64,000 bases of DNA. Origin: Vicugna vicugna. Taxonomy: Eukaryota. Where the stretch lies: the NCBI GenBank assembly GCA_013265495.1, contig MU058844.1:7625260-7689259 (forward strand). Direction: 5' to 3'. The position numbers and the translations under genes were made by a program. The notes beneath the pieces are model-generated. The model saw only the letters and a list, made by a program, of their open reading frames with translations. It did no database searches and was not told the origin of the DNA. This document shows positions 13,590 through 25,589 of the stretch, piece after piece (position 1 is the stretch's first letter; every line of letters begins with the position of its first letter).

Positions 13590-15076
13590 CTGAAAACTTG
13601 ATGATTATTGGTATTTTGGAAAAGCGTGTGTACATGAAAAAGCCAAAGTTTAAGCAGCATCTTATAATGCTTTGGTACTTATGGGGAAAGATTACATATA
13701 ATTTTTAAAGTTATATTAGTATTAAGCTGATCTTTGCAAATAAGAATCATATTAAGTAAGTATTTCTGCCAGTAAGATAAATGAAATCAACCCAATGAAT
13801 TGGTTAAAGAGATCCAAATTCTTTAGTTTTATCCATTATTTAATGTGACTTCTAGGAAAACATTCAGGTTTTTTTTTTAAAAATTAATTTCTTCCAGCTT
13901 GAGTCTCTATGGAGATACAGCCTCATGTCAGACCTGCTCAGAAGGACTATTCATTTTAAATCCTACCTTCCACAATATTAAATACCTTTCCCACACTTTC
14001 TTCATAGATAATGTTGTAATTCATTGTGGGATTAAATTAAAATTGTGCAAAATAAGAGATGAGCCATATTGTTTGGCAAGGCACCCAAACAGAATCCATA
14101 AATAGATATATTCAGCATTTCAAATTAAATATCAAATATCACATCAAAGTAGCTTTGTCCATACAGTGTAGGGCAATACTCTACACATTTCACGGTATAT
14201 ATGGTTAACTGAGATTTATAGTTGAAATTTACCTCAAAGTCTTTTTTTTTTTTAAATAGCATCTTTTCCAGTAAATGAGTAGGTTTTTTAACTGGCACAT
14301 TCTAATATCCTCAATGTTCATTTCAATTGTAGACATGTTACTCTGACAGATGTTTCCAAGTGAAATGTTTATTTCACTATTAGCAGAGAAACATCTGCTG
14401 TTGGAAGGAGATTGCCATTTTTATTTCTCCAGATCTTATACAGGCCAGTGGCTCATCACCAAAACCCTCTACCATCCATCTTAAACAAATGTATTTATAT
14501 TATTAGAAATGGATGACCATTTCCTTAATATTTCCTGGAACTCCAACTGTGTTCTGCTAAGATACATGAAAATGTTTTGGAACTCTATAATCTTTTTATT
14601 TGGCTATATCCATGCAACCCAATACTAATAAAGCTAAGATAGACTTGTAACTTAGTTAAAAATTATTACAAATAGAGTAATGGAAGGAGAATACCTACAA
14701 TGTAAAAGGCAATCAGACTTTTTACTCATCCATCTGAAAATAACTTCAGACTTGGAAGAGATTTTTCTCCTAATAAATTAAAGGTTAGAAATACAGCTGG
14801 TTTTCTTGAGTTCTGTGGTTGTACAGAGTTTTTTCTTGACCTGATTTTTATCTTCTGAAGAGTTTTAAAGAAAATGAAATTGCATAATCCACAGCATACA
14901 CCTTTCCATTACTACTTTTTAGGAGAAAATCAAACTCGGTAAGCTTTCATTTAGTGAATACCTTATAATTAGCATTTTTAATATGTAAAACCTAATGTTC
15001 CAAACGTAAAGACTCTTAAATATGACTGTTAACTCTCTAATGAACTGTGACAAAATACTAAAGAGAAAAAATTTAC

Positions 15077-15105
15077 CTTTATCATTGCTTCCAGCAATAG
15101 AATAT
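15077..15105 (-). pseudogene. Candidate exon YSIAGSNDK(G)
   Basis: ttctgttctgttcag acceptor, gtaaat donor; 29 nt, in phase with the previous exon. Confidence 0.55.
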
Positions 15106-15400
15106 CTGAACAGAACAGAAATAATAGCTGTATTGATCTGAGTCCATGTGTTTTTGTCTAAGCCAAATAAAAATTAATAACATCATTTTTTGAGGTAAAA
15201 ATGGGTTTTTCCAAGCAAAGTAAATATGATGATTGTATCTCCTTACACAATGTATTCTTTCCCCTCAGAGTTATAACTAGTCCCCAAAAAGCCTGGAGGA
15301 TAAAACTTACTTGGAACATCGAGGAAGAAACTAACAGTTGGTTCAAGGACTTCACCTAGTTCACAGCCATGGCTGCTTTTACACAGGCGAAGTGAAGACC

Positions 15401-15640
15401 GCAGCGAGGGGGTTCACAGTTAAGAGCATTTGTCCTCCAGTCTATTTACCTAAGTTCAAATCCCACCTCAACATCTGTCTAGCTGTGTGACTTGGACAGA
15501 TGACTGAACCTCTTTCTCCTTCAACTTTCTTATCTGTAAAATGGAAATAATGATAATACTTAATTTGTGGGGTTTAAGTACTAATTTTGTGCAATTCTTA
15601 GAATAGTACCTACCACACTGTAAACTATCATTGTTATTAA
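15401..15640 (+). mobile_element. MIR SINE
   Basis: gttcaaatccc...agctgtgtgacttggacaga...atctgtaaaatggaaataatgata. Confidence 0.9.
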
Positions 15641-15765
15641 TTTTCTGTTCAAGTAAGAGAAAAATAGATTATAGGAGAGACAAAAATGCGTAACCTGCTG
15701 TCATTCTCTAGTTTAGGCTAAGGGGATTAAATACATGACACAGGAATTTACTCATCCATTTGATT

Positions 15766-16135
15766 ATTTTTTGATTTTTTTTTTTCAAATTGAAGTACAG
15801 TTGATGGTCAATGTTATATGAGATTTTGATGTACATCAGAGTGATTCACAGTTTTTAAAGGTTATATTCCATTTATAGTTGTTATAAAAATGTTGACTAT
15901 GTTCTCTGTGTTGTACTGTATATTCTTATACCTTATTTACTATATACATAATACTCTGTGTCTCTGATTCCCTACCACTGTCCTGCCACGCTCTGACCTT
16001 TCCTCTCATTGGTAACCACTAGTTTGTTCTCGATATCTGTGAGTCAGTTTCTTTTTTATTATGTTCACTAGATTATTTTATTTTTAAGCTTCCACATGTA
16101 AGTGATGTCATACAGCATTTGCCTTTCTCTGTCTG
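15766..16135 (-). mobile_element. LINE-1 3' end (artiodactyl L1_Art-like), inserted in an L2 tail
   Basis: poly(T) then ttgaagtacagttg...aaaggttatattccatttatagtt...ggtaaccactagtttgttctc. Confidence 0.9.
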
Positions 16136-16691
16136 CCACTGAGTAATATTGAGTAATATTTTTAAGTCGTCGTCTGTATCAGGCTATTTACTAGGAGCTG
16201 AGATTCTAGCAACGAACAAGATGGAGGTGGCCTGGCCCTCTGACTGCACAGAGAGCTCCACCACTAGAGGGTATTATACAGTTGTACACAACTCACCAAC
16301 TGCTTGAAGCAATTGCTCCGTGCTCTGTCTTTATATTTAATAACAATAGTGATACTAAATGTTAATTTTAATCAACAGTAATTTTATTTTTGTTATCTCT
16401 AACTTCACAACAACCATACAGTACCTATTACACTCATGTGTTAAATAAGGGTCTTGAAATTGCACAGAATTTAATGGTTTCTCCCAGCTCACACAAGATA
16501 GTAAAATTACAGGGCCAGAACTCACATTTCTGCCCTATTCACTCCATTAGCTATTACAAAGCAGAGGTCCCTTCTTAGAAATCCCTACTGTATGCTCTGC
16601 ACAGTTTTTTGTTTTCCTGAATGCTTTCTTCCCTCTTAGGGAACAATTCTCCATTTTTACCCAAATCAAAAAGCAAAATTTTAAACCAAGC

Positions 16692-16859
16692 TATTGGTTC
16701 TCAAACCTCCCTGCCTATTGAATTAACACTTCTAAAATACTGATGTATTGTTCCTACCACCAGAGTATCATGATTCAACTGGTCTGAGATATTGCCTGGG
16801 TATTGAAAATTTAAAGCTCCCCAGGTGATTTTAGCATTTGCGAAGGCTGAGAACCAATG
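16692..16859. mobile_element. MER5A1-like (hAT-Charlie)
   Basis: ggttctcaaac...aaagctccccaggtgattt...ctgagaacca. Confidence 0.8.
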
Positions 16860-16904
16860 ACCTAAAATATAAACCATGGCCTGAGTGATGCTTAAAACAG
16901 GAAT

Positions 16905-17609
16905 CAGAGATATAAATAAAGGGATTAAGTTTATAGGATTTGGAGAATATTGAAAAATAATACAAAAATTACAAATTCAATTTTATAGGACATTATTTTG
17001 TAGTATTTCTTCTAAAGATTAGAAAGATAATTGATTTTAAAATATATTATTGAAAGGCTTAACAAGGTATTTTTAAGACAAAAGTCTCCCCATATAACAT
17101 ATATGTCCTATGATTAGATTTCCCACAAACTAGCTTCTGCCTTCATAAATTTCAGACTTCGTGTTTCCTCTACCATACACGTAATTGGGTTTACATTTTG
17201 GTACCACCTCTGGCCCTGTCAGGATGCCCTGGTAGGTTTATATCATGGGTAGTAGAAATGCTCCTGAAAGCTATTCATAACTGGCACAGCCAGCAATGAC
17301 TTGGCTGTACAGCAAAGACACCATGAACCAACCATTCAGCTGCATCCTACGAAGCCCAAGGTACGTTTATCCCCAACTCAACTTCCCTTTAACTGGATTC
17401 CATGAAGCCTGGGGCTAACCCACAGGCATTATACTAGGGGAAGTGTGATGGAGGGGAAGTCCTATAGTGAAGAGACAATGGTCTCAACTGACTGTTGTTA
17501 TTACACTACTTTTGAAAATTTTACCAGAACTTCATGACCCTTAAAGGACTGTCCAAGTAAGGGATGCTGAAGATTAAGGTTTATCATATTCATGGCAAAT
17601 CCATCTCTA
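16905..17609 (-). mobile_element. MER115/Zaphod-like (hAT-Tip100)
   Basis: Right end ctgaagattaaggtttatcatattcatggcaaatccatctct resembles the Zaphod/MER115 terminus; about 700 bp. Confidence 0.65.
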
Positions 17610-17699
17610 AATATTAGCCATTATTGTTGTCAGTAGCATCTCCATAATTTCAAAAGCGGGTAATAATCTGGTTGGAACATGTAGATAAGTAACTAATAT

Positions 17700-17893
17700 T
17701 AGCAAATGCCATTCTGAACATTTCACGGGTATTAATGCATTTAAGCCTCCCAGGAATCTTGTGTAAGTAATATTATGATCACCTTCTCTCAGATGAGGAA
17801 GGTGAGACCCACAGAGGCCAATGACCTTAACTTACAAAGTAAGTAAGTGGCAGGTATGATCTGAACACAGGCAGTCTGACTCTACAGGGCACA
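17700..17893 (-). mobile_element. MIR SINE
   Basis: cagatgaggaaggtgagacccacagagg...tgaacacaggcagtctgactct. Confidence 0.85.
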
Positions 17894-18644
17894 TCAGGGA
17901 TCTCTGGATCTCCGTGAAGTTCAGAGTCTTGGCTTATTCTTGAAGTTGAAAATGCATAGCCCTTTACCCTAGGATGAGGAATCATCAATATTTATTTCAA
18001 ATTAATGGAATAGGGATTGTGGGAGTCGATGAAAACTGTGTTGCTTGAAATGAAAGATAGGTGGGTCTAACCGGCCAGTCTGGGAGTCTGCCACATTCTG
18101 TTGAGGTAGCTCACATCATAAAGGGAAACTTTAAGGTGGGCCTGACAAGTGAAAAGGGAACAACAGAAAGAAATGCCAAGCACAATGAAAACTGAGTCAA
18201 TTTCCCATCGTGTGTCAAAGCAAAAGCCCCAAGCAAACATGCATTTAAAGTGTGATTTACAAGCATACAGAGGAGCTAGCAAGAACAGCTCCACGTTTGC
18301 TATGAGGATAGATACGTAATAATGTAAAGGGATTCTGGGTCCAATCAAAGTGTTTACAAAGGATGGGATGCAGTATCAATTATGGTTCACTCAATCAGAA
18401 ATCAAAAAGTAGCGTGTGTTGCGGATAACTGTATCCATTCAATATAACATGCATAGTGATTATGTTAACTACGTGGTGTGAGAAGGTAAGAGGTGAACTG
18501 GAAATAAACTGAGGATCAGTCTTAACTCTGAGAGAGAAACTCAGCAGACTAATTCCCATTCATCCTAATTCAGTTCAGAAGGCAGGAGACAAAATCAGAT
18601 GCACCAAACCCTGACACACTGTATATTCTCTCTCTCTCTCTCTC

Positions 18645-18819
18645 TCAGAACTTATCAGGGCAGTTACCAAAATCATTTGTAACTGTTACTTATTTGCCTG
18701 TCTCCTCTAAAACATGGTGACCTCATGACGGGCAGGTCTTATCTGTTATTTCTGTGTTCTGGTCTGCTCATACTGGAAGTGTTTGGTAAATGACAGAATG
18801 ATGAATGAACAAATGAATT
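18645..18819 (+). mobile_element. LINE-2 3' end
   Basis: ctcatgacgggcagg...tgaatgaacaaatgaat tail. Confidence 0.7.
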
Positions 18820-19792
18820 GGGCGAGGGAAAAATGTAATGCCTCACATTCTACTTACCATGCGTCGCGGGGTTTATGTTCAGCACCACTAAACACAGCAC
18901 CAAGCAGCAGCCAGAAATGTGACTCACAAAGCTTTCCACAAGTATCCTACCCTTTGAGCACTTGGAACACTTTTATTCTCCTGTGGTATTTATCATAGCC
19001 ATTCATCCAATTAATAAATATATGTGTGTGTATATATATACACACACATATACAGAGAGTACCACTATGTGACAGACACCATTTCAGGTCATAGTGTAAA
19101 AGGGTTGAACAAAATGGCTCTACTTTGTGTTCTATTTATGGAAGTATTGCTCCTGTCCTGTTCCTCTACTCAGTACTACCTCACCAATAATACCTAGCAA
19201 TTCATCTAAAACAGAGTAAGGCCACATCTTAATTGCTAAGCGAATTTATACTGAATAAAAAGTAAAACCCTGTGTTCGAATCTTGCAAGCTAAATTCACA
19301 GTGAATGTACACAGTTAGGCCAGCAAGTGTCGCACGGGAAACTATTTCTTGACTGCAGAATAGTCTTCCCTGAGGAATATATGTGTGTGCATTGCTGCTA
19401 CTGAATCACAGCCTGTGATTAAACAAAAGATATGATCTTATAGAAACGCTCCTCTGAGACATCACCTCACAGATGCACAAGGGTCCAGGATCTGCAGATA
19501 CTGAGGTAGCCAAGCACCAAACAATGGTATACTTTTTGAGCATCCCCTAGTGTGAACAACAGAGTCCTCACTAAATCTGAGAGAATCAGAATACATCATC
19601 TCTTATTATTACTGAAATCCCGATTTTGCCTATCAATTTAAATAATTTATTCCTAGGCTATGAAATAATAGCCTGATTTTACTTTGAAAATCCTTTTTTG
19701 TTTCAATAGGTATTTTTTTTAAGAATTCTGAATTTTTTTATTTTAAAACATTATTATGTTTAGAATATGCACTTTCAAGCATTGAAACTCAC

Positions 19793-19862
19793 AATCGATT
19801 TACAAGTGCCGTCTCAATGTTCCTGTCATTCAAGTTCTGCCAAATGTTCTCTTGCTTGTTCT
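19793..19862 (-). pseudogene. Candidate exon NKQENIWQNLNDRNIETALVNR(L)
   Basis: cattcattttcag acceptor, gtgagt donor; 70 nt, phase 1 to 2, open. Confidence 0.55.
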
Positions 19863-20503
19863 CTGAAAATGAATGCTATGTTCTCTTAACGGTACCAAAA
19901 AGTTTTCATTTCATTGCTTTGATTTTATCTCCCCACTTCCCCCAAATTCATATATAGTTTTATCATTTGTATTTATGGTTTCATTTGTTTGGGGGGGGGG
20001 GAACAATACCTGGAAAAAACAAGGTTAAAAAAAAAAACTACAGATTTTAAAATTAAGTGAATATTACTAAGAATTCAGAAGATCTCAAAACATGAACTTT
20101 GAAACATTTTAATTCTTACTGTCCCTCTTATTTTGAAGAACCTATAGTACTGTGTGTAATTCTATTCAGAAAACTGTTGTCTCTGTGTGGTAAAACTCTT
20201 GACGTTAATTAATTCCTTACATATCTATAGATAAAACTTTGGGTAACCTTCCTTTCCCGTAAAGGAAGTTACTAGCAAGTTGAGTCTAGTCTAAAGATAA
20301 GATGTTCTGCAATACCTTATCTACTTCATATTGCTTATTAATTATTCTTTCTTGGAATATTTGCAAATTATTATTATTTTTAAGAGAAATAAATGGAGAT
20401 ATTTTAATGTTTAATTTTGGGTAAGTTGGTTTTTCAAAGTCAAGCATTTAACTCAGTCTCTCATCTTCTCATCTTTCATTCCTACCTATGTTCCTACACA
20501 TGC

Positions 20504-20574
20504 CTGCAAATTCCACTGAGATTTAGGTGTATCCGTTCATATCTGTTTATCTCCATTAATTTCAGTATCTTTAC
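20504..20574 (-). pseudogene. Candidate exon VKILKLMEINRYERIHLNLSGIC
   Basis: gtccttttattag acceptor, CAG/gcatgt (GC-type or mutated) donor; degenerate loop M-E-x-N-x4-I. Confidence 0.45.
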
Positions 20575-21096
20575 CTAATAAAAGGACTAACTTAATAGTT
20601 TTGATAGTGCTAAAATCATAATTAATTTAGGCCATGGATAACACTGTGGAAATCAGAAGTGTCTGCTTTACTCATTGCCTGAAAAACAATTTAACAGTAG
20701 CAAGAGTGGAAATTATTCATATTCTGATGCCTGAATCAAACATGCTAATGGAATTCCTTAAGACGATTCTACAAGAAGACTTTTAGAATCTAGTAAGTTA
20801 TTTAATGTTGTGTGAAAAGAAAGAGCAGGAAAAAAAATAGCCCAAATTCAAGTGACATCCTAAAATGGTACCTTGGCAAAAATCACTTAACCTTTAATTA
20901 TTTAAAAAGGTCTGTCTCATTCACAGCAAGCAAAAGTTAATAACAAACTTCCATGCTGTGCTCAAGAACAGCTCAAAAAGTATTTCATACAGTATATTAC
21001 TATGATAAGTCAGTCTGGCATCCAGAGTTAACATGTGCCTTGTTTTCAAGCTAGAAGACACAAAAGCATACATGTAAAATTAAAATATTGTTTTAC

Positions 21097-21194
21097 CGAC
21101 TGCCTCAGTTAGCAAACTGTTTTGCTCCAAGGGAGAAAATAAAATGTAGGGGGTTTGTGTGTCCTTTCTTTCCAATGTCTTCTTAGTATCACTA
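21097..21194 (-). pseudogene. Candidate exon SDTKKTLERKDTQTPYILFSPLEQNSLLTEAV
   Basis: ggtattattttag acceptor, gtaaaa donor; 98 nt, one open frame. Confidence 0.4.
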
Positions 21195-21359
21195 CTAAAA
21201 TAATACCAAAATAATACTGCGAAAGTATTATTACTTTAGATTAAGATTTGGGAGTGACCAACTAAGTATATGGTCATTAACACCTTGAAAGCAAATGTAA
21301 ACCCTTAGGCAGAAAAGAAGCAAGGTAAGGAAAGAGGTGAAAGGAGAAACTGGGGAACA

Positions 21360-21860
21360 CTTATTTAAGGGTCGAACAAAACGACAGACAGAAAACGAGA
21401 CAGAACTAAGGAGCTTGTGGAGAGGGCCAGAGAGTGTGAAGGTGTAGAGAAAAAAAGGAATCAACTGATGCAGGAATGTCTTGGAGATGGAAAGGAAAAG
21501 GTACTGGTCATGGAAGCCAGAGGATAAATGAAGAAATGAACCTGGACTAGGAAAAATACCTCTGTTTGCACAAGGAACGTTTTAGTATGAATGAATTTGG
21601 ATGTGGATACTGCCTTGCTAGAATGGCAGTGGAGGAATTCAGGGAAAAAAACAGTCACATGTATTATAATTTTGGTGATGTTTAAATTATTATCTATTTA
21701 AAATATTCACAGTACAAAATAAAAAGGGAGCTATCTAGCAGCATGCAGAGGAATATAAGAGTGTGGAAGACAAGCCAATAAATAGGCTTCACTTGTCAAG
21801 CTATTTGAAGCGGAGAAACAGCCTGGAAATAGGAAAGGAGAGAAATGGGTTGATGTTTGT
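21360..21860 (-). mobile_element. LINE-2 fragment (L2c-like)
   Basis: Purine-rich, with tcatggaagccagagg and similar degenerate L2 segments. Confidence 0.45.
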
Positions 21861-22239
21861 ATTGATTCAGAAATTCAAGGACTTTTCTTTGTTGTTTGTC
21901 ATCATCATCGTTATTTTGTTGGTGGGGCATTTCAGACGGAATATTTAGAGCATGAAGAGATTTAGAATTTGTCAAAAAGGGTAGAGGGACAATTTCAGAT
22001 ATGCAGAATTTTTAAATAGGGTAACTTAGTGCATGACCTTCCACCATCCAACCACAAGTACCTTGGAAAGAATGAAGATTGCTGTAGCCAAAATGAAAAG
22101 GAAAGGGAAAAGTTCATGAAGAGCCTTGCCTTTCAGATTGGCTTGTGAAGCTCATTTCATTGACAGACGTGTAACAGAAAAAAACGGTTCATTTGCAACA
22201 GGAGAGACTGTCAAGAAGAACAGAGGAGGATCAGGATCA

Positions 22240-22397
22240 AAAATCAAGTATCTTGTAGTAACCTATAATGAAAAAGAACATGAAAACGAACATGTGCGTG
22301 TGTATGGATGGCTGAAAGATTATGCTGTACACCAGAAATTGACACAACATCGAAAACTGACGGTACTTCAATTAACAAAGAAGTAAATAAAATTAAA
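22240..22397 (+). mobile_element. Short camelid-type LINE-1 3' end
   Basis: tatcttgtagtaacctataatgaaaaagaa...tatgctgtacaccagaaattgacacaacat...acttcaatt followed by an A-rich tail. Confidence 0.85.
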
Positions 22398-22484
22398 GCG
22401 CTGAAGGAACGTAGCATTATTTCATAAATACAGTTTTAAGAAGTAGGTGAAGAGCAGTATTATATAGTTCTTATTTGACACTGT

Positions 22485-22959
22485 TAGTTCTGGCTGGAAG
22501 GTCAGGAAACCCCACAAGGCAGAAAAGGGAGGTCCTCCCCAACCTAGGGGGACCATTCTTGTTAGGGAATCCCCACTTCTTCCAAGAGCAAGTACTGTCT
22601 ACATCACACTGATAAGAGGGAAGCATTGCCTGTGCTGAGGGGCTGCTGAAGAAATCCTACACAGTGCAGACAGTGAGGGGAAGGCAGTCTCTAGGGACAC
22701 CTGCATGACACTTGCCAATCTTCAGCAGGATAAATTCCCAGCACCGTTATCCCCACTGGACAATCTGGTCTTTAATGTCCTAAGTCACTCACCTGCTCTC
22801 CTAATAGGACAAGGTCCTGGATAACCAGAGAGACACCTGAAGGTAGAAGGAAGGACAAAACTCCACACGCCCCTGAACTTGAATGGGGACAAGCCGAGCG
22901 AGTTCCAGGGTCCCCACACCCTCCAAACAGGGGTGGTGTTGAAGTCTATCCCAATTACA
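22485..22959 (-). mobile_element. Probable ancient LTR fragment
   Basis: GC-elevated block ending ...attaca (TGTAAT on the minus strand); family not recognised. Confidence 0.3.
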
Positions 22960-24059
22960 CTTTAAAAAGACAGCTGATGTAAAAAGATCTTAGAGACACA
23001 ATGCAATCAAGAGCAAAGAGACATGTGAGTCACATATGAAGAAGTGGGAATACTTCTTCAGAGATGGGACGGAATTAAGCTGAATTAAGATACAGAGACG
23101 CATAGAAGAAAAGTGAGAGAACTGACTAGATTGTAACCATATTCACATAAATGTAGGAGACTAGATAATTCATAAGAAGATGCTTCTGGGAGAACGCTGG
23201 GTCTGTTTTGGGGTTTGAGAAGTTTGGGGAGTCTTTGAAACAGATTTGTGGGTTATGTGACATTCTGTAAATAGGACATATTACAAAGGTCCAGCTGATA
23301 TTAGGCAACATAAATTTTTAGTTTAAAATAACAATAAACTACCAAATCATAGCAACATTCACTATGGTTCAATTTATTTTGGTTTAATTTCTTTCCCTAG
23401 TAACAGATGTTCATGTTATTTGCTAGTTGCCAAATCACATAAGTCTGTTTTGATAATAATTGTGGAGCTTATTTAAAAATATGATTTGTTTTATTAGACA
23501 TAAACTGAATATTTAAATGTCATGAAGTAAAATTTAAAAAAAATAAGGCTACCAAATTCCAGTGAAATTATTCACACTTCTCCCATCTGTTATGCAAAAA
23601 AAGTCCAGGCTTAAAAAATTTCAGCATGTATAAACACTTGATTTCCAGCATTTGCCTATATACTGTGATTTACTAAATTGTTACTTTAAATGAACAGAAA
23701 GAATAAAATGAAAATAGAACCAGCAGGAATAGACAAGTTTTATTAGCCCAGAGAGGCATTATACAGAAATGTCAAAGTGACCACCCACGGAAAATGGCTG
23801 GAACCCTCACTTATTTCTAATGTCACCAACTGCTCAAAATAAACACTATGGATTGATCTACTAGCAGCCTTAAACGATGTTCTTTTAAAGCTATCCATAT
23901 TTTATTCACTCTTTTTCCCTCTAAACTTCAAGTGACACTGCATTTCATCTTGGTTTTTCCCTAGCAAGTCATAAAACTCTTTTCCCTTGCAGAACTTCTG
24001 CTGAACCAGGCTACTTCAGCACACCCTTCCAATCCTCCCAGACTCACTCCAGCTCAACG

Positions 24060-24227
24060 TGAAAATGGCACGAGTTCTTAAGTCAGAAAACTCGAGTTTA
24101 GAATCTGCCCTTTGCTAGTTATGTGGGTCTTTAACAAGTCTCATTCTCTCTGGGCTACAGTTTCTTCCTCTGGAAAACAGAAGGATTCTAAGAGACCTGT
24201 CCTTCAACCTTTACCATACTGTGATTC
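24060..24227 (+). mobile_element. MIR3-like SINE
   Basis: agtcagaaaactcgagttt...aacaagtc...ctctgggctacagtttcttcctctggaaaa. Confidence 0.75.
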
Positions 24228-24563
24228 AAACGTAGAGCCCATTAATACTGAGAAGGTCAAAGAAGCAGCAATAGTAAATTCTACGACCAAATTCAGATCA
24301 AAAAGGATGCCAAAGCTGTCATAGCAGGGAAACCTGGGTTCCTACATCAATACTTTCCCACCAGATTTCCCAGATTTCCTATTTGGGGTTCAAATTTTCA
24401 TGTGAGTGAGACTACCAATGATAATGTCAGAAAGAAAAGATTTAACTTATTTATCTATCTGTATGTGTACATTCAACGTATATATATATATTCTAAAAAC
24501 CATCTTTCATTGACATCAAAAGGCATTCCAAAGTACTAGTTGGCAATGTTAAGATTTGCTTAC

Positions 24564-24591
24564 TTGATAAATTATACCCACCATATGATTG
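24564..24591 (-). pseudogene. Candidate 28-nt exon (NHMVGIIYQ or QSYGGYNLS)
   Basis: gcttttcctag acceptor, gtaagc donor. Confidence 0.45.
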
Positions 24592-25223
24592 CTAGGAAAA
24601 GCATCGTATAAAAACGCCAGATATGTTATTTATATAAAAAATATGCTTTAAAGCACAAGAACAAACTAGTGCCAAGAATTTGTTAAGATTCCCAAATATT
24701 TAAAATTATTTTGATGAAAGTGCCTGCTTTTTAGGAAATGACAATAATAGTGCAATGCTTTTTTTCAATAGCTGAAATAAAACTAAGCTATTTTGTTTAG
24801 TATCAAGAGGAAATGTTTACAGTCTTTTTCCAAAATAACTAAGTTCAATGAATTTGCCATTGCAAAAAGTACTATTTATATGCTCATTTACATGTCTACA
24901 TGTAGGTAAAATGAGGCAACACCATAATATTTTCATCAGACTCTTATAACTTCTTAATAGTTCATAAATGATTTAGTATTGCCATGTCCTGAGAATGTAT
25001 TTTAGAGCAAAAATTCATAGTTACAGAAAATCTGTTTTAATGTATTGGTTTTGGAGCTTATAAATATGTAAAGGCTTTATGCAAGGCCAAAAGGCTAATT
25101 TATAAAGATCACTAGGATAAAATTAAGCAGGAGGAATCAAATTAATTTTAAGAATCATGTTGCACTAAGATACTGGCTAAACCACTGTTTCAAATTATAG
25201 AAACTTGTTAAATCATCTCTTAC

Positions 25224-25260
25224 TGTATTGACTTCACGGGAGTCAATGTTTTGTGAGATT
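25224..25260 (-). pseudogene. Candidate exon ISQNIDSREVNT
   Basis: gtctttatatatag acceptor, gtaaga donor; 37 nt. Confidence 0.45.
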
Positions 25261-25380
25261 CTATATATAAAGACAACTTTGCACATTAAAATCACATTAA
25301 TACAGAATATTTCAATGAAGAGCCATTTACACAAGAATATAGATTTGACCTTTCTCATTATTTTTAGAGTATATACATAC

Positions 25381-25445
25381 CATCTCAAAAACAAGGTTCA
25401 ATTTTTCCATTATTCAGCAGGTCACATGGTATGTGAATTGCACAC
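25381..25445 (-). pseudogene. Candidate exon CAIHIPCDLLNNGKIEPCF*D
   Basis: gtatgt donor, weak acceptor; D-x2-N-N-G-K-I EF-hand loop followed by TGA. Confidence 0.5.
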
Positions 25446-25589
25446 CTGTCTTTTTAAATTATTAATATGAGAAAGAAGAATGTTACCCCTCAGTGCAGGC
25501 AGTGGGAGGTCCAACTGCTTACGACCTAGTGACCTGTAACAGCTAAGTTAAAATCATGTTCTTCAAAGCTCTTCTGTCTTAGATAGCTT

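Noticed and set aside
20120..20182. Minus-strand segment with gtaag donor between candidate exons
   Set aside because: Stops in all three frames, weak acceptor and no EF-hand-like content; not included in the model.
7947..20609. 18-bp exact match ttaatagttttgatagtg at 7947-7964 and 20592-20609
   Set aside because: Near the length expected by chance in 64 kb of AT-rich DNA, and the flanks do not align.
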